Assembly (NCBI GenBank): GCA_963693365.1
Contig: CAVNZM010000004.1
Coordinates: 13,471,428-13,535,427, forward strand
Source: Amoebidium appalachense
Lineage: Eukaryota > Protista > Ichthyosporea
Length of the DNA stretch: 64,000 nt
Reading direction: 5' to 3'
The notes beneath the pieces were generated by a model. That model saw only the letters and a list, made by a program, of their open reading frames with translations. It was not told where the DNA came from and made no database searches. Shown piece after piece: positions 33,223-57,220 of this stretch. The number at the start of each line of letters is the position of its first letter. The stretch's first letter is position 1. The position numbers and the translations under genes were made by a program.

Positions 33223-34516
33223 GGGGAGGCTATAAAAACCACGAGTCCACGACTGTCGCCACCAACGCCAACACCTCCTGAAAGGAAGCCAAAAAAAGGA
33301 AAAAGGAAGGAAGGGAAGGGAGCAAGTAACCGGAAGTAAAGAGAACAGAGAAAGGCAAAGCTTAAGAGTGTGCCCTACGTAAATTGCCGGAGTCTCTGGG
33401 GAGTAAACCATAAAGTCTTCAGCCTTGCCCCCCACCAACCCACACCAACCCAACATTTGCTACCTATATGTCCACAGCAAGCATCATTGTGCCATCCACT
33501 ATTTCTTTTCTTTTGACCATGAAAAGGCCTGATATTGCCTATGCTGAGACATAGAACCGATCGTGTTTGGGTAATAACGCCTTGGGTCACAGTTTATCTT
33601 GTATCTTTCTTTCCTTTCTTTTCTTTCCTCTCCTCCTCCTCCTCCTCCTCCTTCTTCTTCTTCTTCTTTTTTTTTTTCATCCCGTTTTGTTCCCGGAGGG
33701 ACCTCTTGGGCCCTCAGGGGGAACTATCGTCTTCCACCCAGCACCGACAGTACTCTAGCTAGGATGCTACGGAATAATTGGCTAAGCTAACACACCTTTA
33801 AACAATCCTAACTTTTTGCACACAATTAGCCCAGGGTATTCACCTCCTTCTTCTTTTCCTTCCTTTTTTGGGGGGGTGGGGGGTGGGATGGGGAAGGAGA
33901 AGGGGGGGGGGAGGCTAGAGCAAAGAGGGGGAGGAGGGGATCAATCGCCTAATCGCCATGTGTACTTATGTTTTTTGCCTATACAGGCCTGCCGATTTTA
34001 TATTTTGGTGGAGCCATCCTGTCGTACATTGCGCACGGGTGGATGCAGGACACACCAAACCAACTGGCACCCCCCTACAGGTGTGTGTGTGTGTGGACGC
34101 GTGTGCGTGTGCGTACGTGTGCGTGCGTGCATGCATGCATGTGTGCGTTCGTTCGTTCGTGCGTGTGTGCGTGTGTGTGTGTGTGTGCATGCGTGTGTGC
34201 GTGCGTGCTTGTGTGATAAAAAGAAGGATGGAGCCAGGATGGATGGAGTATTAATTGAGCAAAGAGGAGGGAATGGGGTTGGGGACATGGTGTTGGTGAG
34301 GAGGGTGGGGGGGATGTTGGGACCATAGGAATGCTGTAAGGAAAGAGTGGAGGCCGTCGGGTGGATGCGGAGAGATCGAGAGGGACGGTAAGCATGCCGT
34401 GTAGAGGTTGAGGACGACAGTGTGAAGGAATCGAAGATGTTGAGGGGGACAGTGTCCAAAGGAGCCTCAGACTGGCCTGGTCATGTTTTCGATTTACTGA
34501 CTGCTCTCGTGCCCCC

Positions 34517-34548
<32 letters not shown>

Positions 34549-34657
34549 ACCCAAACACACACACACACACACACACCATCACCACCACAGCCGCCGCCAC
34601 CACCACCATTACCAACACACACACACATACACACATGCACACACAAACACAACTCAT

Positions 34658-34731
<74 letters not shown>

Positions 34732-34883
34732 TTGGTCACCTGCAGTTGCCAGGGTTTGTAATTGGCGCTGCCATGTGGTCGTTGGCAGCCGTAGAAATTG
34801 GTGGATTTTTGGTTTTGTTCTGGGGTTTTCTAGAGGCACAGAACGTTGTGACTGTGCATGATATGATGCAGATGTTCATGTGA
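31974..34883 (+). CDS. Uncharacterised ~178-aa multi-pass membrane protein, 4 exons, bacterial-like family
   Basis: Exons 31974-32149, 32979-33091, 33987-34080 and 34730-34883 splice in frame (537 nt): ...[15 protein letters not shown]...[21 protein letters not shown]...[18 protein letters not shown]...[20 protein letters not shown]; about four hydrophobic helices. Confidence 0.85.
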
Positions 34884-35350
34884 GAATGGGATTTGTAAGA
34901 TTTTACTCCGGAATTGCGTGTATTCTCCGATTTTGGTTCGGTTTTTGGTTCGCTTGATTGTTAGGTAACTGTTTTCTGCTGCTCAAAACCCCATCGTCGT
35001 AATTATATAGTTGCATGAATGTGTCGCAGTGAATGTATGCATATCTCTTCAAGTGAATATCTTCCTTATCTGCTGGGCAGATACGTAATAGTCATTGTTT
35101 GTGAATGGGGTTTCGGTTGTGCAAACCCACACAAGTAGGTGGCAGTGATGTCACATACGTAGCAATTGCCACATGAATACAGCTACTAACAAGCTGGACC
35201 GTGTGGGCACAATTAGCAGCAGTCAAGAGCACACTATAGATTCCGGGTAACGATTTTCCTTAGCGCTGGCCTCGGGATCTATTTTGATCCCCCCCCCCCT
35301 CCCCTCCCCCCCCCCCCCCCCCCCAAACACACACACACACGCACACGCGC

Positions 35351-35394
<44 letters not shown>

Positions 35395-35483
35395 CCTACA
35401 AAAATACCTATCTTCTTATTTTGAAGGAGAGGCTCTTTGCCACGGTTTCAGTTTTATTATTATTATTTTTTTTTTTTGTGTGT

Positions 35484-35531
<48 letters not shown>

Positions 35532-35887
35532 AGGACCTCTGTCGCTATAATTTTATTAAAAGACATGTCATTTGCATACAGTATGTACGATTCGGAACAA
35601 GTTTGCACACATAATGTGTAGATCCTTCACAAATTGCCAGTGCTCCCGTGGACGTACACTGCGGCTCTAGTAGGTTTGAAATCTTGCCTCATCTGGCAGG
35701 ACTGGTGGTCAAGCCCAGGGCCATGCATACAACATATGTACAAATCTATGATATGAATATGGAAAGTGAGCGGCGATAATAGAGTAATAGAGGGCACGTG
35801 AGAACTCAGAGGACGAGAGTCGCAGTGTGTCTCTCTCTCCCTATCTCTCTCTCTCTTTTCCTCTCTCACTCCGCGTGCATGCACGTG

Positions 35888-35945
<58 letters not shown>

Positions 35946-35978
35946 TGTGGTAGTGGTGGTGGTGGTGGTGGTGGTGGT

Positions 35979-36039
<61 letters not shown>

Positions 36040-36468
36040 GGGGCTACACAGAGTTTGGTTATCAGGGTTCAGATTGAGCAATTGCAGAGCGAGATGTCAC
36101 AGACACCCCCATTTCTTACAAGTACGACATTGGAGCTAGCCCATACACATTGTTTCTGGTGCTCGGTCGAACATTACTAGGCATGTTATCTCAGGCCCCT
36201 CAGATAGACCCGTCAAAAGAAAAGGACGTTCGGGTGAGAGGTCAAAAAATGTGGGCCCATGCTATTAAGGAGTGCACCACATGACTACTACAGGCTTACA
36301 GGGGTGGGCGGGGCTTTGCCCCCGTTCCTAACCTAACCTTTCTTTTTTGGTGTTTTTCCTTCTGTTTCGGTTCTAGGTTCCTAGCTACGTGAAATTCTCA
36401 ACACGTTCCATTCATTTACAACCATCTCTACCTTCGAAACATTCATACAAATGTTCTGCCTTGGTGAA

Positions 36469-36573
<105 letters not shown>

Positions 36574-36789
36574 TGTTTGTGTGTGTGTGGGACCAGAAAC
36601 GCTTCATGCCAGTCATTCATTCTACTTCATTACTGTGAGTGTACATAGTCACAGGTATACCCTCTTATCAGTGATAAAGCCATTCCAACCAAGCAGTACC
36701 CCCCCGCCCCCTCCCCCCTCTCCCGCACGAGAAACAGATAATTGGAGGTAAGAACAGCCCCCGTTTGCACCCCATCTATACCAGACAAC

Positions 36790-37504
36790 TCATTGGTCGG
36801 ACAGTGATGCCACATGGAGGTCCTCCTCCAGTGCTTTGCTCTGATTGGCCAGCTTTGCGCCAAAGTATGCCTTGCCCAGCTCGTAGCTGCCAATCATAAT
36901 GGCGCATGCTGGTGCCACCTTTGCTATTCTTGGCAGTAGGCCTGTGTGCATGTGCTCAGTACTCCAACCACCACTAGGGTGCGGTGACTTCTAACCATGT
37001 GCCCAAGCCACCGGCAGCAAACCTGACAGCATTACACAAGTACATTTTGCAGCAATAGATCTCAGGTGCCATGACAGCCCCCCGGGAGGGGGGGGGGGGG
37101 GGGGGGAGGGGGGGGAGGGGGGGGGGGGGGGGGGGGGGGCTGGTCACATTTGCCTCACAGAACCTTTCATCCTCTGTGCATGATTGAGTATCCAAGCATG
37201 CCACATATAAAACACTTTCAGAACGTAAGGGAACCTGAGAAGGACGGGGAGGAGGACCGGGAGGGTATGTGTGTGTGTTGGGGGGCGGGGAGGGGGGGGG
37301 AAGGGGGGGGGGGGGGGGCATACCAGCAAAGAGACCTGCATGGCCCCTCTGGGCCACAATTGTGCGCCACACAGACAGCATCGGTCTAGGTTGGTCTGGG
37401 GGCATCAATACATGTCGGTTAGGTGGGGGGAAGGAGGTGATTGTCAAGTGTGTGGGTGAAGCACTGGTTGCCCGGCTGTAAGGTAGAGTATCATACAGGC
37501 AAAT

Positions 37505-37540
<36 letters not shown>

Positions 37541-38565
37541 TCGTGTGTGGCGTGTGTGTGTATGTGGGTGTGTGCTGGTTGTGGTGGTGGGGGTGGGGGG
37601 GGGGGGGGGGGGGGGGGGTAAATACCTGATGTCAGGTCGATCTGTTGGTATGTCTTGATGACGTCAAAGGGGGTCGTGATGATTGCAGCAATCTGTGCAT
37701 TTATGGCAAATCACAATCAGTGCGGGTATTGGCAGGCAGAGCACTTCATCACAAAACAAAAACCCGTGCCAAAGTAAAAAAGGTTAAATCTACGACGCGA
37801 GCCTCTCCCTCATTCCCCCCTCCCCCCTCCCCCTTCCTCCTCCTCTCCCCTCCCCCCCCCCCCTCTCTCTCTCTCTTCCCTCCCGGTCATCTGCCTTTCT
37901 GCCGGCTGCTAACGTGCTGAACCCGGCACTTTCTAAACGATTTGGCAATCATAATTGTATGAATGAGTGGCACTACCCCATGTGGGGCATACACAACAGT
38001 GGAGTAGAGGCACCAAAGCAAAGTAGACTTGCAACCAAGCAGGCATCCAGAACACAGGCCCACACACCATGCCCGATATGGCACCAGACACGAATGCCTG
38101 CACAAAGAAGTCCCGGCCTGATGCTGGTGCCGGTCTGTGTCTGAGCACCTGCCTCTTGATGGTCTCATAGCAGCCCCAGTAGATTGCTGGGCACAAACAC
38201 TCAGTCAACACCAATCCTCCCCCCCTTCCCCACAGACACACACACTTTTCCTCCCTCTCCCCCAGGCCCCCCACACGCAAGCACACACACCAACAGACCC
38301 ACCCACCCACCCACCCATTAAACTTTTAACCTAAACAGCCTTCATGGCATTCCCCTGTGTCTCGAATTTCACCAGCCTGATGCCAAAAAAAAACAAGACA
38401 AGAAACAGGAACCTGTGTATCGTATCAAGTTTAGACACCCACACATAAACACACACACCCACAACACACATGCACATGCCCCCCCCCCCCCCCCCCCCCC
38501 CCCCCCATACACACACACACGCACAAAAAAGAAAAGGTAGATGCACGCGTGCATTCACGCACGCA

Positions 38566-38596
<31 letters not shown>

Positions 38597-39179
38597 GTAC
38601 GTACCCGAAAAAGGCACGTCTCTCCACAGTGTGGGGCTCAGACCCCTCCACAGACTCCACAGCCCATTTGCCTGCACCATGTGCCGTATGGACACCCCAA
38701 GGTCTGCCACATACCACAGTTAGCTCCTGGCCAACCACAATCCGGTGATCATTTACAACAAGCACCGTGTGTCTATTTCCATTTGCGAAGCATCATTCAC
38801 GCCATCAAGTGCCATGTAAAGTAGCCGTGCACCGATCATTTTGCTGACAGGAGCAAACACGAAACACTAAACTGGAAGAATACACATTGCACACACGTAC
38901 ATATTAAGTATGTGTGTCTGCCACAGAGATACACTCCTGCATAGGTGTATGCGCACATGCAGCGCGTGTGCGGGTGCTCCTACAGTCACGTATGTGTGCG
39001 CATGGGCACACACGTGAAACTTGTGATGCCGTCCCTGCGAGAGGGTGCATGCCAATTTTTTAAAGTCCGAATCAACGGGATTGGGGGGATACATTACCTC
39101 TGTATGTTCCACTGTCCAGTGACTGTGCCTTTGTTCGGACAAGTTCGAGCGGAGATATCAAGGTCACCGCACCCACTGT

Positions 39180-39220
<41 letters not shown>

Positions 39221-39525
39221 CGTGCGTGTGAGTGCATGCTTGTGTGCGTATGTGCGTGCGCACATGCACACATGTGTTTGTGTATGTGCAAGCATGTGAA
39301 TGGGCGCTGGGACACAGCTGTTGACGTTGTTCGTGCGTGTGCATGTGCCATGTAATGGGCTAAAAGAGAAGAGTGGAGGGGAAGGAGAAAGGGGAGGGGG
39401 GGGGGGAAAGGGGGGGGGGGGGGGGTTCACGGTTAAGTTAGTCAGACACTGTGTGGCAGCCTACCTGCCTGTCTGAATGTGTGTCTTTCTGTGTGTGTGT
39501 GTGCATGTCTCCATGCGCCTCCTCA

Positions 39526-39601
<76 letters not shown>

Positions 39602-40484
39602 CGCGCTCGCGGGCATGTGTGCCTGCGTGCGTGTTTGTGGGAGTGCATATCTGTGTGTTCACGCATCATTCGTATGGCTGCGTCTAAATCCGCCAGCAGC
39701 ACAAAAACGTGCCCCTAGGTCATAAGCTCGTTACGTCCAGTGCAGAGGGTGGGCAGGGGTGGAGGGGGCCTATTACCATCACTACCTTTGATGGTATTTT
39801 TGGTTACAGTACATGTTTGATAAAATAATATATATAGGGTATGTAAATAATAATATGTAAATAAATATAATTATTGATTTTTTTGACGGGACATGGGTTG
39901 GAGGGGGCTGTTGCCACTCACATCTTGCCGTAGCCCCAGCCACGAGGGGTGTAACTGTATCGGGTAGCCTTTTTTGGATGCGCACCCTAAGCTGGTCGTA
40001 GGCCGTGAAGTAGATTACGGTCTGGGGGAGGGACATAACCCTGGGGGGGTGTCAAGTTAGGCAAGGAATAAACTGTGGTTGAGCCCGCGCAAAGAGAGCG
40101 AGAAAGTAGACAATGTAGAAAATACTCGGTCCTTATGGCTAAAATGGGTAGCAGGGGGAAGAGGGGAAGAGGGGGGGGGGGGGGGGGGGGGGAGTGAGGA
40201 TGGAGGGGAGGAAGAAAAGGGGATAACTGGAAGAGGAGGGGAGGGGGGGGGGGGGGGGGGGGGGGGGGGATTAAAGTGCAGAACACCATACGAAGTGCAT
40301 TTACAAGATGAGAAATGTGGTGCAGGACACATGCATAGGAAAACGGGGGGGGGGGGGGGGGGATGACATTAAATCATAAACATCCACAGGCCACTTACAG
40401 GGTGGGTGTCAGCCCTCTCCAGAGTGACGTCAAACCCTCTATCCTGGCAATCTTCATGAATGCATCCTGTAGCAGTGTTCATTG

Positions 40485-40520
<36 letters not shown>

Positions 40521-41037
40521 TGTGTGTGTGTTATCCTTTTTTTTTCCTTTCCTTTTCTTTGAGCCCGTGGGTAAGGGGGAAGGGGGGGGGGGGGGGGTAG
40601 AAGGTGGGTTACAGGACAACCATGCAAGCTGGGCAACCCAGAGTAAAAAGAACAAGATGCAAAAACATAAATAATAGGTCGGCACCCACTGATATCCCAA
40701 AAATGACCCCCCCCCCCCCCCCCCCCCCCCCCCCACCCCCCCCCAAAAAAAACAAAAAAACAAAAAAAAAAAACAAAAAAAAAAAAACAAAAAAAAAACA
40801 GGGAGGAGCTAGTTTGTTAGATGCAGATATTGCCCCTCCAAACCCAACCACCGTCTCCCATGACCTATAATGGTGTGATATTATATTTTCTTCCTGGCAG
40901 ATCAGTCTCAACTCCATCCTTTCATATGGGCACCTAGTCAAACACATGGAAGGTGTACAAAGACGTGTATGGAGACATTGTCGAATAGGGGCAGAGGGTG
41001 CATATAAGGTGGGGTGGGTTGAGGTGATGGTGCTTGA

Positions 41038-41069
<32 letters not shown>

Positions 41070-41633
41070 TAAGCATATATACTTGAGCTGCCACATTTCC
41101 TAACTGGTCTGCCCAAAAGGGGCTAACAGACGTCTTGACACTGAGGCATCCACAAAAAGGGGGACGAGGTTAGGGGGGAAAGGAGGGGGGCGGGGGGAGG
41201 GGGGAAGGGGGTGGCAAGTACGATTGTGCCCTTGTAGTGGACCTTTGGTGTGCCGCACACCTCACAGATGGTATCCACCAGACCATTGCAGAAGATCACC
41301 CGGCACGGCTGCCCTGGCTGACTGGCCTAATAATAACAACAAAAAATAAATTAAAGGGGGGAGGGGGCAAAGGGGGTAATTCAGCATGTTGTCGTTTAAC
41401 CTGGTGTGCAAGAGTCAACTGATTGGGACAGCAGAAGCAAGGACGGCAGGAATTCAGTCAATAGGATACTCCCCACTCACCCACCCAATCCCGAGGTCCC
41501 CATGACAAATACCATTTACCCTGTATCGGCAGCCACCCATGCAAGTCCTTCCCTATGCATACACACACTGGTCATGCTTGCAAATGTGCTATGGGTAGCT
41601 TGTAACGGTGGAGAAGAGGGGAAGGGGAAAGGG

Positions 41634-41671
<38 letters not shown>

Positions 41672-42430
41672 GGGGGAGGGGGGGAGTTAACAAAAGAGAG
41701 GGGGAGTCGAGGAGAGGGGTGGCAGGCAGCAAAATGCGTCGCGAGTGTTCCCTGAGGGCAAGGGGTGGGAGGTAGGGGAGGGGAGAAGTCTCCCAAGGAG
41801 AGGCCCCGGACAAGAGGTAAAAGGCAGAAGGGGGGAAGAGGGTGGGGGGTGGGGGGGGCTATACCATACCATCGCCTGTTGTGCCTGAAGGCGAACCTTC
41901 ACGACATCAAAGGGGGTCACTGCACAGGAACAATGTCAGACAAAAAGTATAGGGTGCGCGTGGGGTGGTTGGTGGTTATTTGGAGGTAGCGGGCATGTAT
42001 GTTTCAGGTTGCCTGTTCCCGGTGTGTGTGTTTCAGGTATGTGTGTTTCCGGTACATGTGCTTGTGTGCGGGGAGGAAGGAGGAGGGCGGGAGGGGGGGG
42101 GGGGAATCTGTACCCTTGCCCCTCTTCCACCTCCTGTCTTTCCCCGCTCGAGAATAATGCCAAAGTAACTGAGCTGAGCCTTTCCCCTGCCCCTTGTCCT
42201 TCCAGCACCACCCCCAAACAGATGCAAACACACAAAGGCACCATATGTGCTCCTCCTACCCTCAACCCACCAGCCCTGCATTGGGTTACGTTTGACTACA
42301 CCTGACACTGACGAGATCTGTCAGCGTGTGCTGTGTGCAGCAAGCCCACGTTGATTCAGCGTGAAACACACAATCGGCAGCGGGGACGGGGGGGGGCGGG
42401 GGGGGGGGGGGGTGGCGTGGGGTGGGGGGT

Positions 42431-42467
<37 letters not shown>

Positions 42468-42618
42468 GGAAGAATGCCATGTGTTAACAATGAAAGTCTA
42501 GGGATGAACAGCGCAGAGGGAGGGGAAGGGGGGGCCTACTCAGCAGAGATGTCATGAGAGCTCCGCTGCAGCTTGATATCATCTGCTGCACGGGTGTTAT
42601 CTGCGCATCAGCTGCCAT
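36790..42618 (-). CDS. SLC25A39: Mitochondrial carrier of the SLC25A39/SLC25A40 (Mtm1) subfamily, 11 exons
   Basis: Three carrier signatures ([33 protein letters not shown]); [16 protein letters not shown]; [27 protein letters not shown]; [14 protein letters not shown]; [24 protein letters not shown]25A39 and SLC25A40 cannot be told apart here. Confidence 0.92.
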
Positions 42619-43273
42619 GTTGGTGCTTGCCTCGTAGTCAATCCCATCGGAAGGACGAATTTCGAGAGTCTAGAGGAGCGACTCGATGTTTTGGTGTCAC
42701 CAAGCTAGTCCGTCTTTGAACCAAATAACAAGTCAGCGTCAACGTGTGGGTGTGGGGCATGTGCTATTCCATCGCCGATAGCACCACTGGCAGTCCCAGC
42801 TCTTGGGAAGGTGAAGTTGGGTTCAATGCTGCTGGTGTTGCTGCTGTTGAAAGACTGGCCCAGGGAGTAAGTGCTATGTTCTTCTTGCGTCATGCACTTT
42901 CACGTAATTAGGTTTTAGCTTATCATGCCACACACACCACAGCGCTCATAGGTAGTTGCTTGGTCTAGTCAGGTGCGCACCCTCGTAAAACGCACAATAT
43001 TGATATAACCGAGCTATCAGCCCATAAACTTGATGATACGAGATGTTTTCGAGGAGTTATATATTGGAGGAAAGCAGATTAATCATGTCGTTGACTCGAT
43101 GCATATGTACATGCACACGTGTACAATCACGTGTGCATGGCACGCTCTCATGTACACATACGGTACACTGTCAGTGTACGTCACGGTGTGTGCGCGTTGT
43201 CTGTGCACGCAGCTTCTATACGCCAGGAGGCCTTGATGCGTACGTGCACGTGCAAGGATACCTGAGCTCAGCC

Positions 43274-43484
43274 CGTGTGAGTTGATATGATATGATGATA
43301 CTCGGATTTTTTGTCACACCGTACGCGTGGAGGACGTGTGAGTTGATACGATACTCGGGTTTTTTGTCACACCGTGGAGGACGTGTGAGTTGATATGATA
43401 CTCGGATTTTTTGTCACACCGTGGAGGACGTGTGAGTTGATATGCATACTCGGATTTTTTGTCACACCGTGGAGGACGTGTGAC
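43274..43484. repeat. Tandem repeat, 4 x ~47 bp
   Basis: Unit CGTGTGAGTTGATATGATACTCGGATTTTTTGTCACACCGTGGAGGA starting at 43274, 43335, 43382 and 43429. Confidence 0.93.
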
Positions 43485-43787
43485 GTGGCTCTCCCCGCGG
43501 GAGGGCAACATGTGTGTGTGTGCCAGTGTATAGTAGGCTCTCTCGGACTCACGTGCCTAATTTTTCACCGCGGGCCCGTGGGTCACACACGTGCACGTAG
43601 CCGTGTGTGTGATGTACATGTAAAGCATGTGCGCGTGTGTCGCAGGTAAACAATATGTACGTAAGTAGTAAGCTTGGCATGTACGGGTGGACATGGGCAA
43701 TGTTGCCAAGTGTTTACTGAGTACTTACACGGAGGCTGCGTCTTCAACAAACCATTAACACGTATAAGATTAAACGTCCATTTATTT

Positions 43788-43817
43788 ACTAGGCCCGGGG
43801 CCCAGCCGGGAGCCCAA
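43788..43817 (-). mobile_element. Possible Helitron-type 3' terminus
   Basis: Minus strand reads GGGCTC-CCGGCT-GGGCCC (hairpin), then CGGGC-CTAG|T; no 5' end or Rep/helicase seen. Confidence 0.35.
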
Positions 43818-43988
43818 CGACTCACAAAAATTTAGTTGGACAAGAAAGGTGAAGTCAGATAATCATTGAGTAACACCAGTAATGTCACACTACAGCGTTC
43901 AAAGTACCATACAAGCATAGTCTAACTTGACATAATTTCATGCAACCGTGTGTTGTCCCGTGCTTCTATTTATGTTCTCAAAGAATCC

Positions 43989-44025
<37 letters not shown>

Positions 44026-44033
44026 GCCCAAAG

Positions 44034-44074
<41 letters not shown>

Positions 44075-44503
44075 CAGCACCTGCTTGCAAAATGCAACCC
44101 GTTGCCACCAGTGCTAAGCCGCAACCATCTACGATGGAGAATATGAGCTGAAAGCACAGTGAGACTTGTTAGTGGCTGTTAAATAACCTGTTGATTGTAG
44201 GACCACGACAGTTTTACGAACACTGTGTGTTTTTCTTGTGAAGGCAGATGTATTTTTCACCGCTGGGTCCCCTTGTGATCACCACACCAGCCCTTTGGCC
44301 TATTCCACTCCTCCCCTGGCCCCATTCATGTACGTACAACATTTGCAATTTAAATTCGAAAAGAGTTGTTATCAAGAAGGGGGAAATGGTGGGTGCCGAG
44401 GGGGACAAACAAAAGACAGGCATTGCCGTTTCCCGCCTGGTACCGCAAGAATATTGCCGGTACCTAAGGCCGTAGGGCGGACCCATGCAGTGGCCTGGCA
44501 GAG

Positions 44504-56071
<11,568 letters not shown>

Positions 56072-56283
56072 GGTGCCACATATAGAAATGATTATAACTT
56101 CTATTCTAAGGATTCTTCTCAGCTTCCAGCCCAGCTATATAGGACTGCGGTTTCTTATGTTCTTCTCCCCCAGCTGACTTGTGCAGCCGCGTGTTTTCAG
56201 AAGTCGTGTTTGTAATATTGTTGCGCAAACAAAAGCAATCTGGCGCCAAAAGCGAACCAATCAGCAGGCAATTAATCTTTAGC

Positions 56284-56686
56284 TTGGGATATTCGGGTTG
56301 GTTGTAAGGTTTTCCGGGTCGGGCCGAAGGCCTTAACGGGCCTGCGGCCCGTCTATTGGGCCATAGGCCCTAGGCCGCTAGGCCTGGGGCCCGGGGCGCC
56401 GGGGACCGGGGGCCCGGCCCGGCCCGCAAGCCACCCCCCCCCCCCCCGGCCCGGCCCGGCCCCCGGCGCCCGGGGTTAGCAGAGTCTGCTAACCCCGGGC
56501 GCCGGGGGGCCGGGCCGGGCCGGGGGGGGGGGGGGTGGCTCGCGGGCCGGGCCGGGCCCCCCGGTCCCCGGCGCCCCGGGCCCCAGGCCTAGAGGCCTAG
56601 GGCCTATGGCCCAATAGACGGGCCGCAGGCCCGTTAAGGCCTTCGGCCCGACCCGGAAAACCTTACAACCAACCCGAATATCCCAA
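56284..56686. repeat. 403-bp near-perfect GC-rich palindrome (about 200-bp arms, centre at 56484)
   Basis: TTGGGATATTCGGGTTGGTTGTAAGG...GGGGTTAGCAGA-G-TCTGCTAACCCC...CCTTACAACCAACCCGAATATCCCAA; only a few substitutions or homopolymer-length differences between arms. Confidence 0.97.
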
Positions 56687-56948
56687 TATTGCTTCATTCT
56701 GATTGGTTGTCACACCACGGGGTTTCCCGATTGTTCTTCGAATGACATTTGCTATCACTATCAGACAGTTCTCCAATATCAGAACAGAAAACGGTCTCTA
56801 CCCAGATGGCCAGATGGCCAGGTCAAATTCAGTGTGTGGAAAAAGGTGGATAAAACGGAATAAAACGGTGAGCAAAATGATCTGGCCATCTGGCCATGTG
56901 GCCATGGAATCTCTATATCTAAAAATAGCTGCCACTGCGCCGGGGCGT

Positions 56949-57142
56949 GGTTCCGGGAGGCAGGGGAGCAGGGGAGCAGGGGGAGGCACGTGAGCACTCA
57001 CTGGGGCCTGGTTCCGGGAGGCAGGGGAGCAGGGGGGGCACCCAGTGTGTGGGTGTGCATGTGGCAGGGGAGCAGGGGGGCAGGGGAGCAGGGGAGGAGG
57101 GGGGCAGGGGGGCAGGGGGGCTGGGGGGCAGGGGGGCTGGGG
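56949..57142. repeat. G-rich short tandem repeats (GCAGGGG(A/G)) with a duplicated GGTTCCGGGAGGCAGGGGAGCAGGGG block
   Basis: Direct reading; G-quadruplex-competent spacing. Confidence 0.75.
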
Positions 57143-57220
57143 AGACTGGCATGCCACTCACGGGGAGGATAGTGTATGTTGGCACGTGTGGGTGTGTGGG
57201 TGATAAAGGCAGAAGCCACA

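Noticed and set aside
36300-36340. GGGGC-TTT-GCCCC hairpin plus CCTAACCTAACC
   Set aside because: Too short to call telomeric or a transposon end; no second copy in the window.
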